From the sequence record MK962754.1: a DNA stretch of 64,000 nt. One strand, 5' to 3'. Shown here in pieces: positions 42,779 to 54,919 of the stretch. This DNA comes from Shigella phage JK36. Each line of letters opens with the position of its first letter. The stretch's first letter is position 1. A program made the translations under genes and the position numbers. The notes under the pieces were generated by a model. The model was not told the DNA's origin. It worked only from the letters and a program-made list of their open reading frames with translations, and made no database searches.

Positions 42779-43131
42779 TCTGAGAGCTTCCTGAGGTCTT
42801 CTGCAAAGGAATCGAAGGACCTGTTGATTTGTTTTTCGACCAATCCTGGCTTACTTGCCACCACGTTCTTCTTCTTCGAATCCTTACGGAGCTTTTCATT
42901 TTCGGCCTTAAGTTGGTCAACTAAAACACGGTTCTTATAAGTCATTTCTTCGATTGACTGATATTGAACCTTGAAGTCATCTAATACTTTAGCATTGTTT
43001 TTAGCAGTCTCTTTGACAGAAGCTAATTCAGTATTCAACGAATCAACTTTGTTGTTTAAGACAACTATTGTTACCGTAGAAACTAGAGCAAAAGCTGCTA
43101 CTATAGCGTAAATAGGATTTACTTTAAGCAT
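42775..43131 (-). CDS. inner-membrane spanin-like protein (i-spanin candidate)
   Basis: 118-aa ORF with N-terminal transmembrane helix followed by coiled-coil-like region. Confidence 0.65.
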   Translation of the reverse strand: MLKVNPIYAIVAAFALVSTVTIVVLNNKVDSLNTELASVKETAKNNAKVLDDFKVQYQSIEEMTYKNRVLVDQLKAENEKLRKDSKKKNVVASKPGLVEKQINRSFDSFAEDLRKLSE

Positions 43132-43619
43132 GTTTTAATAATCTCAATGATTTCATCTCGGGATAATCCATTGATAAGAATGGTTTTCAAACCATCACAC
43201 TGGATTTTGTACGATTCAAACAATACACACAACTCTTCTGCTGTATGATATGGACTTGAAATTCCGAGGCGGTTGAATTTGTCGGTAAGAGGGTCGCAAA
43301 TAATATAGAATTTGATACCTGCGATATGTACGTTTGGTTGACTAATATTAATGAACACATTAGCGTCATATTTAGTCAAATTGTTTTGAAGAAATTCTAC
43401 CATAGCATTAACTGCTTCTGGCATCGCTTCGCGTTTCTCTTCAGCGTATCGGGTTGAATACTCTTTTTGTTTTACTTTCTTTTTAAGATTTTTGGCCAGT
43501 GTAACACGTAGGTCAGTAAGATAACCAACTGGACGTCCTTTCTTAAAGACCCGGATTCCGTCGGTTGTGTCTCCAAAAGCGTTTACGACCATATCGTTAG
43601 TAATCAATTGCATATTCAT
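43119..43619 (-). CDS. alc: Alc transcription unfolding/termination protein
   Basis: ORF-track start 43661 reads through the promoter; ATG at 43619 (MNMQLITNDMVV...) has AGGAGAAAAT RBS; position between rnlA and spanins as in T4. Confidence 0.75.
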   Translation of the reverse strand: MNMQLITNDMVVNAFGDTTDGIRVFKKGRPVGYLTDLRVTLAKNLKKKVKQKEYSTRYAEEKREAMPEAVNAMVEFLQNNLTKYDANVFINISQPNVHIAGIKFYIICDPLTDKFNRLGISSPYHTAEELCVLFESYKIQCDGLKTILINGLSRDEIIEIIKTCLK

Positions 43620-43648
43620 AATTTTCTCCTCGTGTTGTTGATAAACCC

Positions 43649-43678
43649 ATAGTATCACCATCCTTGGTGTTTGTAAAC
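43649..43678 (-). promoter_or_regulatory. early-type promoter (minus: TTTACA-N18-TACTAT) upstream of alc
   Basis: Reverse complement reads ggTTTACAaacaccaaggatggtgaTACTAT. Confidence 0.5.
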
Positions 43679-43680
43679 CG

Positions 43681-44814
<1,134 letters not shown>

Positions 44815-44830
44815 TCAGTTAGTTTTTTTA

Positions 44831-44860
44831 AATTGTACCACAATCCTTGTGGTATGTAAA
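44831..44860 (-). promoter_or_regulatory. early-type promoter (minus: GTTTAC-N18-TACAAT) upstream of rnlA
   Basis: Reverse complement reads taGTTTACataccacaaggattgtggTACAAT. Confidence 0.5.
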
Positions 44861-45271
44861 CTACTTTTTCTTATGTTGGATATTCCAAGGCGGGTTGAAC
44901 TTTTTGATAAAAAGCGGTTCTTCAAGGTCCATTGTTGCGATGGTCATTGAACCAAGTTCGTTGGTGACTGAAAGGTCAAAACATTGGCGGGCCCAGAATT
45001 CAACCTTTTTGCCTTGCATTAAGGCATCCAAAATCATAAGTGATTTTCTTGAATCTGAAGTCTGGTCTTTTCGATTTATGGCTGTTCGATAATAGTTAAT
45101 GCGTTTCTTTAAATTCTTGGTTTTACCAATATACACAAGTTCGTCATCTATAGCAATAGCATATATGACATTTTTCTTATTAGGGACATCAACTGTTTTA
45201 ATTGTTGCATCTTCTAATAGCTCCAATTCTGTATATTTAATAAAGGAATATTCGGCGGCGATATCTTTCAT
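44861..45271 (-). CDS. denA: endonuclease II (GIY-YIG-like; degrades cytosine-containing host DNA in T4)
   Basis: 136-aa ORF, same length as T4 EndoII, with IYAIAIDDELVYIGKTKNLKKR GIY-YIG-like core. Confidence 0.85.
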   Translation of the reverse strand: MKDIAAEYSFIKYTELELLEDATIKTVDVPNKKNVIYAIAIDDELVYIGKTKNLKKRINYYRTAINRKDQTSDSRKSLMILDALMQGKKVEFWARQCFDLSVTNELGSMTIATMDLEEPLFIKKFNPPWNIQHKKK

Positions 45272-45297
45272 AATAAAGTGGGACCGAAGTCCCGTCC

Positions 45298-46488
45298 TTA
45301 GAAATATTTTTTGTATGAATTGATTACATTTTGGTCTACATCATTATCAATTTGTGCGACAAGATAAGAACTTATTTCAACTTCTTGTGGGGCTGCTTGA
45401 ACCAAATCAGAGTTCAAATACTCACGAATCCATGGAATAGGATGACGAGTTGATACGTCTTTAAGAGGACATGGCAGACCACAACTACGCATACGAGACA
45501 CGGTAAGATAATCCACAAATTCACTTAGGATTTTAACATTTAGACCTGGAAGAGCACCATCTTTAAACAAGTGTTCAGCCCATTCTTTTTCTTGAGCGTT
45601 AACTTCCATGAAAATATCAACTGCTTCTTGTTCACACTCTTGAGCAATTTTGACCCATTCATCACCGTCTTCGCCATCTTGTAAAGCACGAATAATATAT
45701 TGAGTGCCCTTGAGGTGGAGCTGTTCATCACGAGCAATGAACTTCATAATCTTGGCATTACCTTCCATGATTTCCATATTCTTGTGGAAGTTAAAGGTGC
45801 ATGCGAAAGATACATAAAAACGAATAGCTTCTAAGGCATTAATAACGTGCAAACAGAGGTAAAGAGATTTCATTAGCTCACGCTTCCAATATGTCTCATG
45901 CTCAATAGCATCTTCAATAACGTCTTCGTCTGCATTAATTTCTTTTTGGTATTCGATATCAGCTTTAGCGTTTTCCCAATAACGAGCTTTAACCAGAACA
46001 TCATCATAATATCGTCCGATAGATTCGGCACGCTTCATAATAGCTTCATCTAATACAATCTCATCAAACACCTTCGATGGATCTGTATAAAGATTTCGCA
46101 TAATATGAGTATATGAACGAGAGTGAATAGTTTCACTGAAAGTCCATGTAGCAACCCATGTATCTAATGAAGGGTCTGAAAGCAATGACATAAGTACCGC
46201 AGATGGTGCTCTACCTTGGATAGAATCTAATAATGATTGATACTTAAGGTTGTTGGTAAAGATGTCCTGTTGGAACTGTGGAAGCTTATTAAACTGGGCC
46301 GAATCCAACATCAAGTTTACTTCCTCGGGACGCCAAAAGAACGAGAGCTGCTTTTCGATAAGCTCTTCAAAAACTTTATGACGCTGAATATCATACCGTG
46401 CGAGGCCAAGACCAGAACCAAAGAACATCGGTTCATTCAAAACATCGACTTGTTGTGTGTTAAAAACTGTACTCATTATATTTCTCAC
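45298..46488 (-). CDS. nrdB: ribonucleotide reductase small subunit (uninterrupted, no intron)
   Basis: Continuous 396-aa ORF with class Ia R2 di-iron/tyrosyl radical motifs. Confidence 0.9.
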   Translation of the reverse strand: MRNIMSTVFNTQQVDVLNEPMFFGSGLGLARYDIQRHKVFEELIEKQLSFFWRPEEVNLMLDSAQFNKLPQFQQDIFTNNLKYQSLLDSIQGRAPSAVLMSLLSDPSLDTWVATWTFSETIHSRSYTHIMRNLYTDPSKVFDEIVLDEAIMKRAESIGRYYDDVLVKARYWENAKADIEYQKEINADEDVIEDAIEHETYWKRELMKSLYLCLHVINALEAIRFYVSFACTFNFHKNMEIMEGNAKIMKFIARDEQLHLKGTQYIIRALQDGEDGDEWVKIAQECEQEAVDIFMEVNAQEKEWAEHLFKDGALPGLNVKILSEFVDYLTVSRMRSCGLPCPLKDVSTRHPIPWIREYLNSDLVQAAPQEVEISSYLVAQIDNDVDQNVINSYKKYF

Positions 46489-46530
46489 TTAGTTATTAAC
46501 TCATCCATGAGTAAATTATAATAAAAAGTC

Positions 46531-48786
46531 TTAAAGCTTACAAGCAGAACAATCTTCTGCTTTAGGTGTTTCTAATTCATAGTCGTCTGTACCAGACCCA
46601 TCACGAGTGTTATGATAGTAGAGGTTTTTTCCGCCAAAGTACCAGAAGTAAAGCAGATCGTCAAGCATTACTGACATTGGCACTTTACCTTTCTCAAATA
46701 CTGCAGGGTCATAGTAAGTATTAGCAGAAGCAGATTGGCACACCCATTTCAACATGATAGCAACTTGGGTCAAATAAGGTTTATTACCTTTCTTAGCAAG
46801 TTTCCACGCGTAGTCGTAAAGACCCATGTTATGTTCGATATTAGGAACAACCTGACGGAAGTTGCCTTCTTTAGATTCTTTAATACTCACTGGACCACGC
46901 GGCGGTTCAATCCCGTTTGTAGAGTTTGATACTTGACTGCTTGACTCACAAGGCATGAGTGCAGACAACGTTGAGTTACGAATTCCATGTTCTTTGAGTT
47001 CAGCTCGAAGTTCTTCCCAATCACATACGTAGTTCGGGGCTGCGATTTGGTCAATCTTTTTATTGTACCAGTCAATAGGTAATTCGCCTCTAGACCATTT
47101 AGTGTCTGAATAATACTCGCAACATCCTTTTTCTTTGGCGAGTTTGATTGATGCTTTGATAAGGCCATATTGCAATCTCTCAAACAATTCATGAGTCAAA
47201 TCGTTAGCGTCTTCATATGAAGCAAAGTTAGAAGCTAACCATGCGGCATAGTTCGTAACACCAACACCGAGGTTTCGACGCTTTTTAGCTTTTAAAGCTT
47301 CTGGAACCGGATAATCTTGATAGTCTAACAGGTTATCAAGTGCACGTACTTGTACTTCAGCAAGTTCATTAATTTTATCTTGGTCTTGCCAATCAAATTT
47401 ATCTAATACAAAGGCAGATAACGTGCATAAACCAATTTCAGCATCAGGACCATTCACATCATTAGTTGGAATAGCGATTTCACAACATAAGTTACTCTGA
47501 CGAATTGGAGCTTTTTCACGAATAAATGGAGTGTAGTTGTTCGTGTTATCAACAAACTGTGGATAAATTCGAGCAGTGCCAGAACGTTCAGTCATGAACA
47601 ATTCAAAGAGTTCTAGTGCTTTGATTCTTTTCTTTCTGATTGTCGGGTCTTTTTCAGCTTTCTCATAAAGCTCACGGAATTTATCTTGATCTTCAAAGAA
47701 CGAGTAGTATAGTTCGCCTGACATTTCGTGAGGGCTAAATAAAGTAATATAATCATTTTTACCAAGGCGTTCCATCATAAGGTCATTAATCTGAATTCCG
47801 TAGTCCATATGTCGAATACGGTTTTCATCCACGCCTTTGTTATTTTTCAGAACTAATAGGTTCTCTACTTCTAAGTGCCACATCGGATAATACGCTGTAG
47901 CAGCACCACCACGAATACCACCTTGAGAACAAGATTTTACTGCAGTTTGGAAATGTTTCCAGAATGGAATAACACCCGTATGTCGAACTTCACCCATACC
48001 GATCTTAGAACCTTCTGCACGAAGCATACCAACGTTGATACCAATACCAGCTCGTTTAGAAATATATTCAATAATTGATGCTGAAGTTTTGTTAATAGAT
48101 TTTAACGAATCACCGGCTTCAATAACTACACAACTAGAGAACTGGCGAGTTGGAGTACGAGCACCTGCCATAATTGGGGTTGGCAATGAAACTTGATGAG
48201 TAGAAACGGCATCATAAAAACGAATAATATGTTTCAAACGGTCATGAGTTTCGTCTTGGTGTAAGGCCATGCCAATAGCCATGATAGCAAACTGGGGAGT
48301 TTCATAAATCTTCCCAGTTGTTTTATCTTTAACTAGATATTTTTCTTTAAGCTGCATAGCACCAGCATAAGTCAGGTCAAAGTCTCGTTCATGTTTAATC
48401 TGTGAATCGAGATAAATGATTTCTTCTGCTGAATATTGAGACAACAGCTCAGGGTCATATTTGCCTTCATTAACACAATAAGAAATATGGTCGATAAAAG
48501 CAGGCGGTTCAAACTGCCCATATACATCTTTACGAAGTGCAAACATTAGCCCTTTGGCGGCGACATACTGATAATCAGGTTCTTCGACAGAAATCGAGTT
48601 AGCTGCAACTTTAATACAAATCTTCTGGATATCTTTGGTGCTCATCCCGTCGACAAGATGGGTCTTAATTTCTTCATACAATTCATATGGGTCAATTTGT
48701 GTTCCTTCACATTGCCAAGTTAAGACTTGAATAATTTTCTGTGCATCAAAATTTTGTGATACACCACTGCTCTTAGTTACTTGCAT
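46531..48786 (-). CDS. nrdA: ribonucleotide reductase large subunit
   Basis: 751-aa ORF with N-terminal ATP-cone and C-terminal catalytic Cys region. Confidence 0.92.
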   Translation of the reverse strand: MQVTKSSGVSQNFDAQKIIQVLTWQCEGTQIDPYELYEEIKTHLVDGMSTKDIQKICIKVAANSISVEEPDYQYVAAKGLMFALRKDVYGQFEPPAFIDHISYCVNEGKYDPELLSQYSAEEIIYLDSQIKHERDFDLTYAGAMQLKEKYLVKDKTTGKIYETPQFAIMAIGMALHQDETHDRLKHIIRFYDAVSTHQVSLPTPIMAGARTPTRQFSSCVVIEAGDSLKSINKTSASIIEYISKRAGIGINVGMLRAEGSKIGMGEVRHTGVIPFWKHFQTAVKSCSQGGIRGGAATAYYPMWHLEVENLLVLKNNKGVDENRIRHMDYGIQINDLMMERLGKNDYITLFSPHEMSGELYYSFFEDQDKFRELYEKAEKDPTIRKKRIKALELFELFMTERSGTARIYPQFVDNTNNYTPFIREKAPIRQSNLCCEIAIPTNDVNGPDAEIGLCTLSAFVLDKFDWQDQDKINELAEVQVRALDNLLDYQDYPVPEALKAKKRRNLGVGVTNYAAWLASNFASYEDANDLTHELFERLQYGLIKASIKLAKEKGCCEYYSDTKWSRGELPIDWYNKKIDQIAAPNYVCDWEELRAELKEHGIRNSTLSALMPCESSSQVSNSTNGIEPPRGPVSIKESKEGNFRQVVPNIEHNMGLYDYAWKLAKKGNKPYLTQVAIMLKWVCQSASANTYYDPAVFEKGKVPMSVMLDDLLYFWYFGGKNLYYHNTRDGSGTDDYELETPKAEDCSACKL

Positions 48787-48873
48787 ATATTCCTCAGTAT
48801 AGGTTGATAGACATTACTCCAAACGGGATAGTATTTATCCCGTTAATTTATTATACACTTTTAAACTGAAGCG

Positions 48874-49128
48874 TTAATTATCCTCAGCAATAATTTCTTC
48901 GTATTCTTTAGGTGTCAAGACTGTGATATTGAAATAAACCAACGGTTCTTTTTCTATACCGAATCCACCACAGAATTCACGATATTCATAAATTCGTTCA
49001 TGTGAATAACAAATGAATCGTTCACCTTTAACTGTGATTTCACTATTCGGTGAAGGGATATCCAGTTCACTTGGATTTTTCATTTCAAAAATTGTGGTGC
49101 CATATGAATTAATAAAACGTAAAATCAT
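48874..49128 (-). CDS. hypothetical protein (84 aa)
   Basis: ORF between nrdA and td. Confidence 0.5.
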   Translation of the reverse strand: MILRFINSYGTTIFEMKNPSELDIPSPNSEITVKGERFICYSHERIYEYREFCGGFGIEKEPLVYFNITVLTPKEYEEIIAEDN

Positions 49129-49129
49129 T

Positions 49130-50815
<1,686 letters not shown>

Positions 50816-50817
50816 AA

Positions 50818-51066
50818 TTATTTCCTCAGATTTTTCTTAACAACTTTCCAATCGGCTTTGAACATTTCAACATCAGAGTGGCAAATCCAGAATCCTGCAC
50901 TTTCACCATCTTCGTAGAGTGGACATCCATCACATTCTTCGTTCCAACCCATTTCGCGTAAAGCTTCTTCAGCTTGTTCAAGGAGTTCAGCATCTTTACC
51001 AACGATGTTGAAGTACCATTTACCTCTAACTTCAGAATCTTTGATGCTCTGACGTTGCAATCTCAT
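50818..51066 (-). CDS. hypothetical protein (82 aa)
   Basis: ORF-track start 51129 reads through a promoter-like region; ATG at 51066 (MRLQRQ...) has AAGGAG RBS. Confidence 0.55.
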   Translation of the reverse strand: MRLQRQSIKDSEVRGKWYFNIVGKDAELLEQAEEALREMGWNEECDGCPLYEDGESAGFWICHSDVEMFKADWKVVKKNLRK

Positions 51067-51128
51067 TTTATTCTCCTTCACTTTTGATTTGATAGGGCTA
51101 CTATAACATAACCCTATCTGATTGTACA

Positions 51129-51521
51129 CTACTTTTTAAAAGTTTTTTGCAAAAGTTCGATGATTTCGTCGACGTTGGTTTCATCTACGATACAATGGAT
51201 TTTTGTTACACCTAAAGCTATACCTTCGTTAGTAGGTTGAGGCTTTACTATATCTACCTCAGTAAAGTATTTGAACTCGTCAGGATAAATCTCAAAATAA
51301 GTTTCAATTTCACCACCGGCAGAACATACAGTACCATCTTCCATAGTTACACTTAATACGTTTGACGTATCGCTATCATAATCAGGTTCCATTCCGTTTA
51401 CAACAAAACTAGGCCCGTGGAGTTCAATCAATTTTAACATCTTAGCGTTATTGTGTGGTGCTTCTTGAACAAAGTCATCTTTAAATAAAGGGTTAATGAT
51501 ATAAGATTTTCCGATTTCCAT
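51129..51521 (-). CDS. hypothetical protein (130 aa)
   Basis: ORF with early-type promoter at 51551..51579. Confidence 0.55.
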   Translation of the reverse strand: MEIGKSYIINPLFKDDFVQEAPHNNAKMLKLIELHGPSFVVNGMEPDYDSDTSNVLSVTMEDGTVCSAGGEIETYFEIYPDEFKYFTEVDIVKPQPTNEGIALGVTKIHCIVDETNVDEIIELLQKTFKK

Positions 51522-51550
51522 TTTGATTTCCTCATGTTGTTGATAGGTCT

Positions 51551-51579
51551 ATACTAACACATCCAGGGAAGAAGTAAAC
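51551..51579 (-). promoter_or_regulatory. early-type promoter (minus: GTTTAC-N17-TAGTAT)
   Basis: Reverse complement reads ttGTTTACttcttccctggatgtgtTAGTATAGAC. Confidence 0.55.
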
Positions 51580-51610
51580 AACTTTTTCGGCAATTTACAG
51601 ATACTCAAAA

Positions 51611-51628
51611 GGGAGACCGAAGTCTCCC
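51611..51628 (-). terminator. terminator hairpin after gene 32 (minus-strand GGGAGAC-UUCG-GUCUCCC plus U-run)
   Basis: Same 18-mer as the gene 23 terminator; followed on minus strand by TTTTGAG; 6 nt after the gene 32 stop. Confidence 0.75.
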
Positions 51629-51634
51629 AATTTA

Positions 51635-52537
51635 TTATAAACCAGCTAACAGGTCATCGAGGTCGCCATCATCAGAGGATGAGGTAGAGCTCATGAAGTC
51701 ATCTTCAGTTTTTGCAGAACTAAAGGCTTCCATGTCTTTATCAAAATCGTCAAGGTCAGAAGCAACTTTATCTGCAACAGAAGCTGCTGCGGCTGCTGCA
51801 CCACCAAGAGCGGCAGTACCAAGAACCTTAGCGAAAGATTCATTTAATTTTTCAAAGGATTTGAACTGGTCTTTAGCCGTCAAAGTAGTAAGGTCTACCA
51901 TCTGGTCATATAGTTCTTTCTGGAATGCTTCATCATTAATACGAGGAATTTCAGATTGACCCAAGAATTTAGATTCGTCATAGTTGCTAAAACCGGAAAC
52001 CTGCTTAGCTTTCAGAACGAAGTTGGCACCTTCAAACGGACAAGTAACATCAACTGGAGTTTCACCCATTTCGGTATCAACAGCAATCATTGCATTGATT
52101 TTGTCCCAAATCTTTTTACCGAAACGATATTTAAATACTTTACCTTCGTTATCTGGAGCTTGAGGGTCTTTAACAACCAGAATATTAGCCCAATAAGAAG
52201 TTTTACGTTTCAGTTGAGAATATTCATTTTTGTTGGTATTGTACAGGTCATTTTTACTAATGTACTGACATACAGGACAAGAGTCATAATCACCATGTGT
52301 AGAAGAGCAATTTTCAATATACCATTTACCATTTTTCTTGAAACCGTGGTTAACAAGAATTGCAAATGGTAGTGCATCATCAGTTTTTGCTGGCAAGAAA
52401 CGAATTACCGCTTGACCATTACCGGATGCATCTAGCTTCAGCTTCCATTCGCCTTTATCTTCTGAAGAGAAACCTTTGTTACCATTCAGTTTAGCCATTT
52501 GAGCAGCGAGGTCAGCAGTAGATTTACGTTTAAACAT
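51635..52537 (-). CDS. 32: single-stranded DNA-binding protein gp32
   Basis: 300-aa ORF; N-terminus [36 protein letters not shown] and acidic C-terminal tail match my memory of T4 gp32. Confidence 0.95.
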   Translation of the reverse strand: MFKRKSTADLAAQMAKLNGNKGFSSEDKGEWKLKLDASGNGQAVIRFLPAKTDDALPFAILVNHGFKKNGKWYIENCSSTHGDYDSCPVCQYISKNDLYNTNKNEYSQLKRKTSYWANILVVKDPQAPDNEGKVFKYRFGKKIWDKINAMIAVDTEMGETPVDVTCPFEGANFVLKAKQVSGFSNYDESKFLGQSEIPRINDEAFQKELYDQMVDLTTLTAKDQFKSFEKLNESFAKVLGTAALGGAAAAAASVADKVASDLDDFDKDMEAFSSAKTEDDFMSSTSSSDDGDLDDLLAGL

Positions 52538-52655
52538 GGATTATTACCTTTTATTTAGATTATTTAATTTATTTACAGTTGGTTGCTACGACACTTATAC
52601 CTCGTAGCTGGTATGATTTATTTATAAAGTAATTTTAACACACAAGAAATAAAGC

Positions 52656-53309
52656 TTAATACTTACATGATTTGATTGTTTCTATGAACAATTTCTTAGC
52701 AACATTTCCATCGATTTGAAGTATTTTTCGATATGCCTTTAATTTGGTAGAATAATTTTGCCAGACTAAGTTATCGGTGAGTTCGTCGTGCTTATCTATA
52801 ATATTCAAAAACGAGTCCAACAATAAGAAAGTTTCAAATGAAATTATATTGCTTTGTAGCAATTTAAATATGTAGCTCGACTGAACGTTGTTATTATAAT
52901 CAAATATCTCTTGAAGCGCACTAACTTCAACTTTCTTACTGAAATAGTAGATGTTACGTACGTCTTCAGCAAACGTCTCCTTGGCTTGTTTGAGACGTCC
53001 AATATATTCCCTATAGAAAACTAATGCATCAGCGTCTGATATCTCACCAATCCATGCGTCTTGGTTAGCAACTAAGTTGCTTATGAATATCAAGGTGAGT
53101 TCCTTCAATTTATATTTCTCTGCTAGTTTTTCAAAGAAATATTTATCTCGGCGTTTTTGATACGCATTATCCGAAACACGCATGCACCAGTTATATTTGA
53201 TTACGTCATACCGACCATTAAAATGTTGTTTGCACATCAAGTATAGTTTGTATACCGATTTTCCGTTAATATAACGTTCTCCATCAGGAGGCATGCGTAT
53301 TTTAATCAT
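52656..53309 (-). CDS. 59: helicase loader gp59
   Basis: 217-aa ORF, same length as T4 gp59; order 32-59-33. Confidence 0.85.
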   Translation of the reverse strand: MIKIRMPPDGERYINGKSVYKLYLMCKQHFNGRYDVIKYNWCMRVSDNAYQKRRDKYFFEKLAEKYKLKELTLIFISNLVANQDAWIGEISDADALVFYREYIGRLKQAKETFAEDVRNIYYFSKKVEVSALQEIFDYNNNVQSSYIFKLLQSNIISFETFLLLDSFLNIIDKHDELTDNLVWQNYSTKLKAYRKILQIDGNVAKKLFIETIKSCKY

Positions 53310-53644
53310 AATAAGAAATCTAACGTATTAGTTTTTTCGCCACGAGCAACTGATGGGCGAAGCATGTTTTCGTCAATTGCTTCGCTTGTAATTTTTTCAA
53401 CAATTCCTGTAGGAATAAATTTAGCAAATTGTGTTTCTGGAATAGAATTTTCTTCCAAGAAAGCAGTTGTTGCTTCTAAATAAGACATACCAAATTGTTC
53501 AACCATGGATTCGATAATGAATCCGTTTTCTTGCCGGTCAAGCAATTTAGCGATATCATCTTTATCGTGTTTTACTGCTAATTCTTGTTCAGATAAACCG
53601 GCCTCATCAACCGGTTTAATATCACTTAGTGAAAACTGTGTCAT
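53306..53644 (-). CDS. 33: late transcription co-activator gp33
   Basis: 112-aa ORF, same length as T4 gp33. Confidence 0.85.
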   Translation of the reverse strand: MTQFSLSDIKPVDEAGLSEQELAVKHDKDDIAKLLDRQENGFIIESMVEQFGMSYLEATTAFLEENSIPETQFAKFIPTGIVEKITSEAIDENMLRPSVARGEKTNTLDFLL

Positions 53645-53891
53645 AAAGCTCGACTACCTCTTCGTTTTCAGCTTCAAATTGATCACGAGCGTCTTTATGA
53701 TAAAGAGCTAACAAACGATTAAACATTTTTCCATCGACACCAAGCTCTTCTTTAGCACGAGTACGAATGTCTTTAATCAGTTCATTATAACCAGAAATTT
53801 TAAGTTTGTTATCGGAAGCTTCCTTGACTAGTTTAGCCAGTTCTTCACCATGCACATCTTGATTAAATTCAACTGCTTCTTTCTTAGCCAT
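53622..53891 (-). CDS. dsbA: double-stranded DNA-binding protein DsbA
   Basis: ORF-track start 53909 overlaps rnh; ATG at 53891 (MAKKEAVEF...) gives 89 aa, same as T4 DsbA. Confidence 0.8.
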   Translation of the reverse strand: MAKKEAVEFNQDVHGEELAKLVKEASDNKLKISGYNELIKDIRTRAKEELGVDGKMFNRLLALYHKDARDQFEAENEEVVELYDTVFTK

Positions 53892-53898
53892 GTTTACC

Positions 53899-54816
53899 TC
53901 AGAATTCATTAATTACACTTGTTAATTTAGAAAGACCAGATTTTACAAAGTATGAATAAATCTTGCCTTTAGGTTGTGGTTTATATGAGTTATAATACTC
54001 TATAATGGTTGAAGCAATATTATCAGGGATATAATCAAAATCAATGAGAACCAAATTTTCTTGATACCGTTTATATTCTTCTGCACTTAATAATACTTCA
54101 GCTTGAGAACGGTCATTGGCAATTGCTTCAATAATCGTTGTTTTCATGCTCGGAGTTCGTTCACCTTCAACTCGAGTAAACCAGAAGTCACCACGAACTC
54201 GAACAGATGCAACACCATCCTTACGGTCACCTTTAAGGATTTTAGTCATGCAATCAATTTCAGCAGAACCGTTCTTAATTTTAACCCATTTTTTCTGTGG
54301 TGGCGACCACTGTTTAACGTTAGGATATTTGTGTAATTGTGTAAAGTCACCATCTGATGCAACAATACATACCTTATGACCGGCTAATGACAAATATTTA
54401 GTTAATACACCGATATGGTCATCCGCTTCATACTTGTCAATATCCATTACAACGTATGGCATGTATTTCTTAATCTCATCAACAACTTGATGGAGTGCAG
54501 TAAAATATCCTTCCCAATCCCACTTTGAAGCTTCACGATCGGTTTTACGATTTTTCTTGTAATAGTAAGCAAAGTCACGACGCCAATAACCTGAAGTAGC
54601 ATTATCCATACACAATACAAATTTTGTATAGCCTTGCTTACGGAACATCACTACGTTTTTACGAATTGAATTCAAGATTACATGGCGAACCATCGGAACA
54701 GTAATTTTATCGCCGTCTTCAAAGTTGTTTAATGCGGCTGCCAATGCAATGTTACTAAAGTCGGCAAGTGCAATACCTTCTTTGTAATCTTCATCCAACA
54801 TCATTTCTAAATCCAT
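53899..54816 (-). CDS. rnh: RNase H / 5'-3' exonuclease (FEN-1 family)
   Basis: 305-aa ORF, same length as T4 RNase H; acidic metal-binding residues typical of flap endonucleases. Confidence 0.88.
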   Translation of the reverse strand: MDLEMMLDEDYKEGIALADFSNIALAAALNNFEDGDKITVPMVRHVILNSIRKNVVMFRKQGYTKFVLCMDNATSGYWRRDFAYYYKKNRKTDREASKWDWEGYFTALHQVVDEIKKYMPYVVMDIDKYEADDHIGVLTKYLSLAGHKVCIVASDGDFTQLHKYPNVKQWSPPQKKWVKIKNGSAEIDCMTKILKGDRKDGVASVRVRGDFWFTRVEGERTPSMKTTIIEAIANDRSQAEVLLSAEEYKRYQENLVLIDFDYIPDNIASTIIEYYNSYKPQPKGKIYSYFVKSGLSKLTSVINEF

Positions 54817-54848
54817 ATGAACCTCTTGTTCAGTTAGTCAACTTGTCT

Positions 54849-54878
54849 ATAGTAACACACTCATTTGAAAGCGTAAAC
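54849..54878 (-). promoter_or_regulatory. early-type promoter (minus: GTTTAC-N18-TACTAT) upstream of rnh
   Basis: Reverse complement reads caGTTTACgctttcaaatgagtgtgtTACTATAGAC. Confidence 0.55.
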
Positions 54879-54881
54879 TGG

Positions 54882-54889
54882 TATAAATA
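54882..54889 (+). promoter_or_regulatory. late promoter box TATAAATA upstream of gene 34
   Basis: Exact TATAAATA 31 nt upstream of the gene 34 ATG, 4 nt from the divergent early promoter. Confidence 0.6.
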
Positions 54890-54919
54890 AGTATTATTGA
54901 AACAATAAAGGAAAAACGA

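Noticed and set aside
51956-52372. 138-aa plus-strand ORF inside gene 32
   Set aside because: Antisense to the SSB gene; no RBS.
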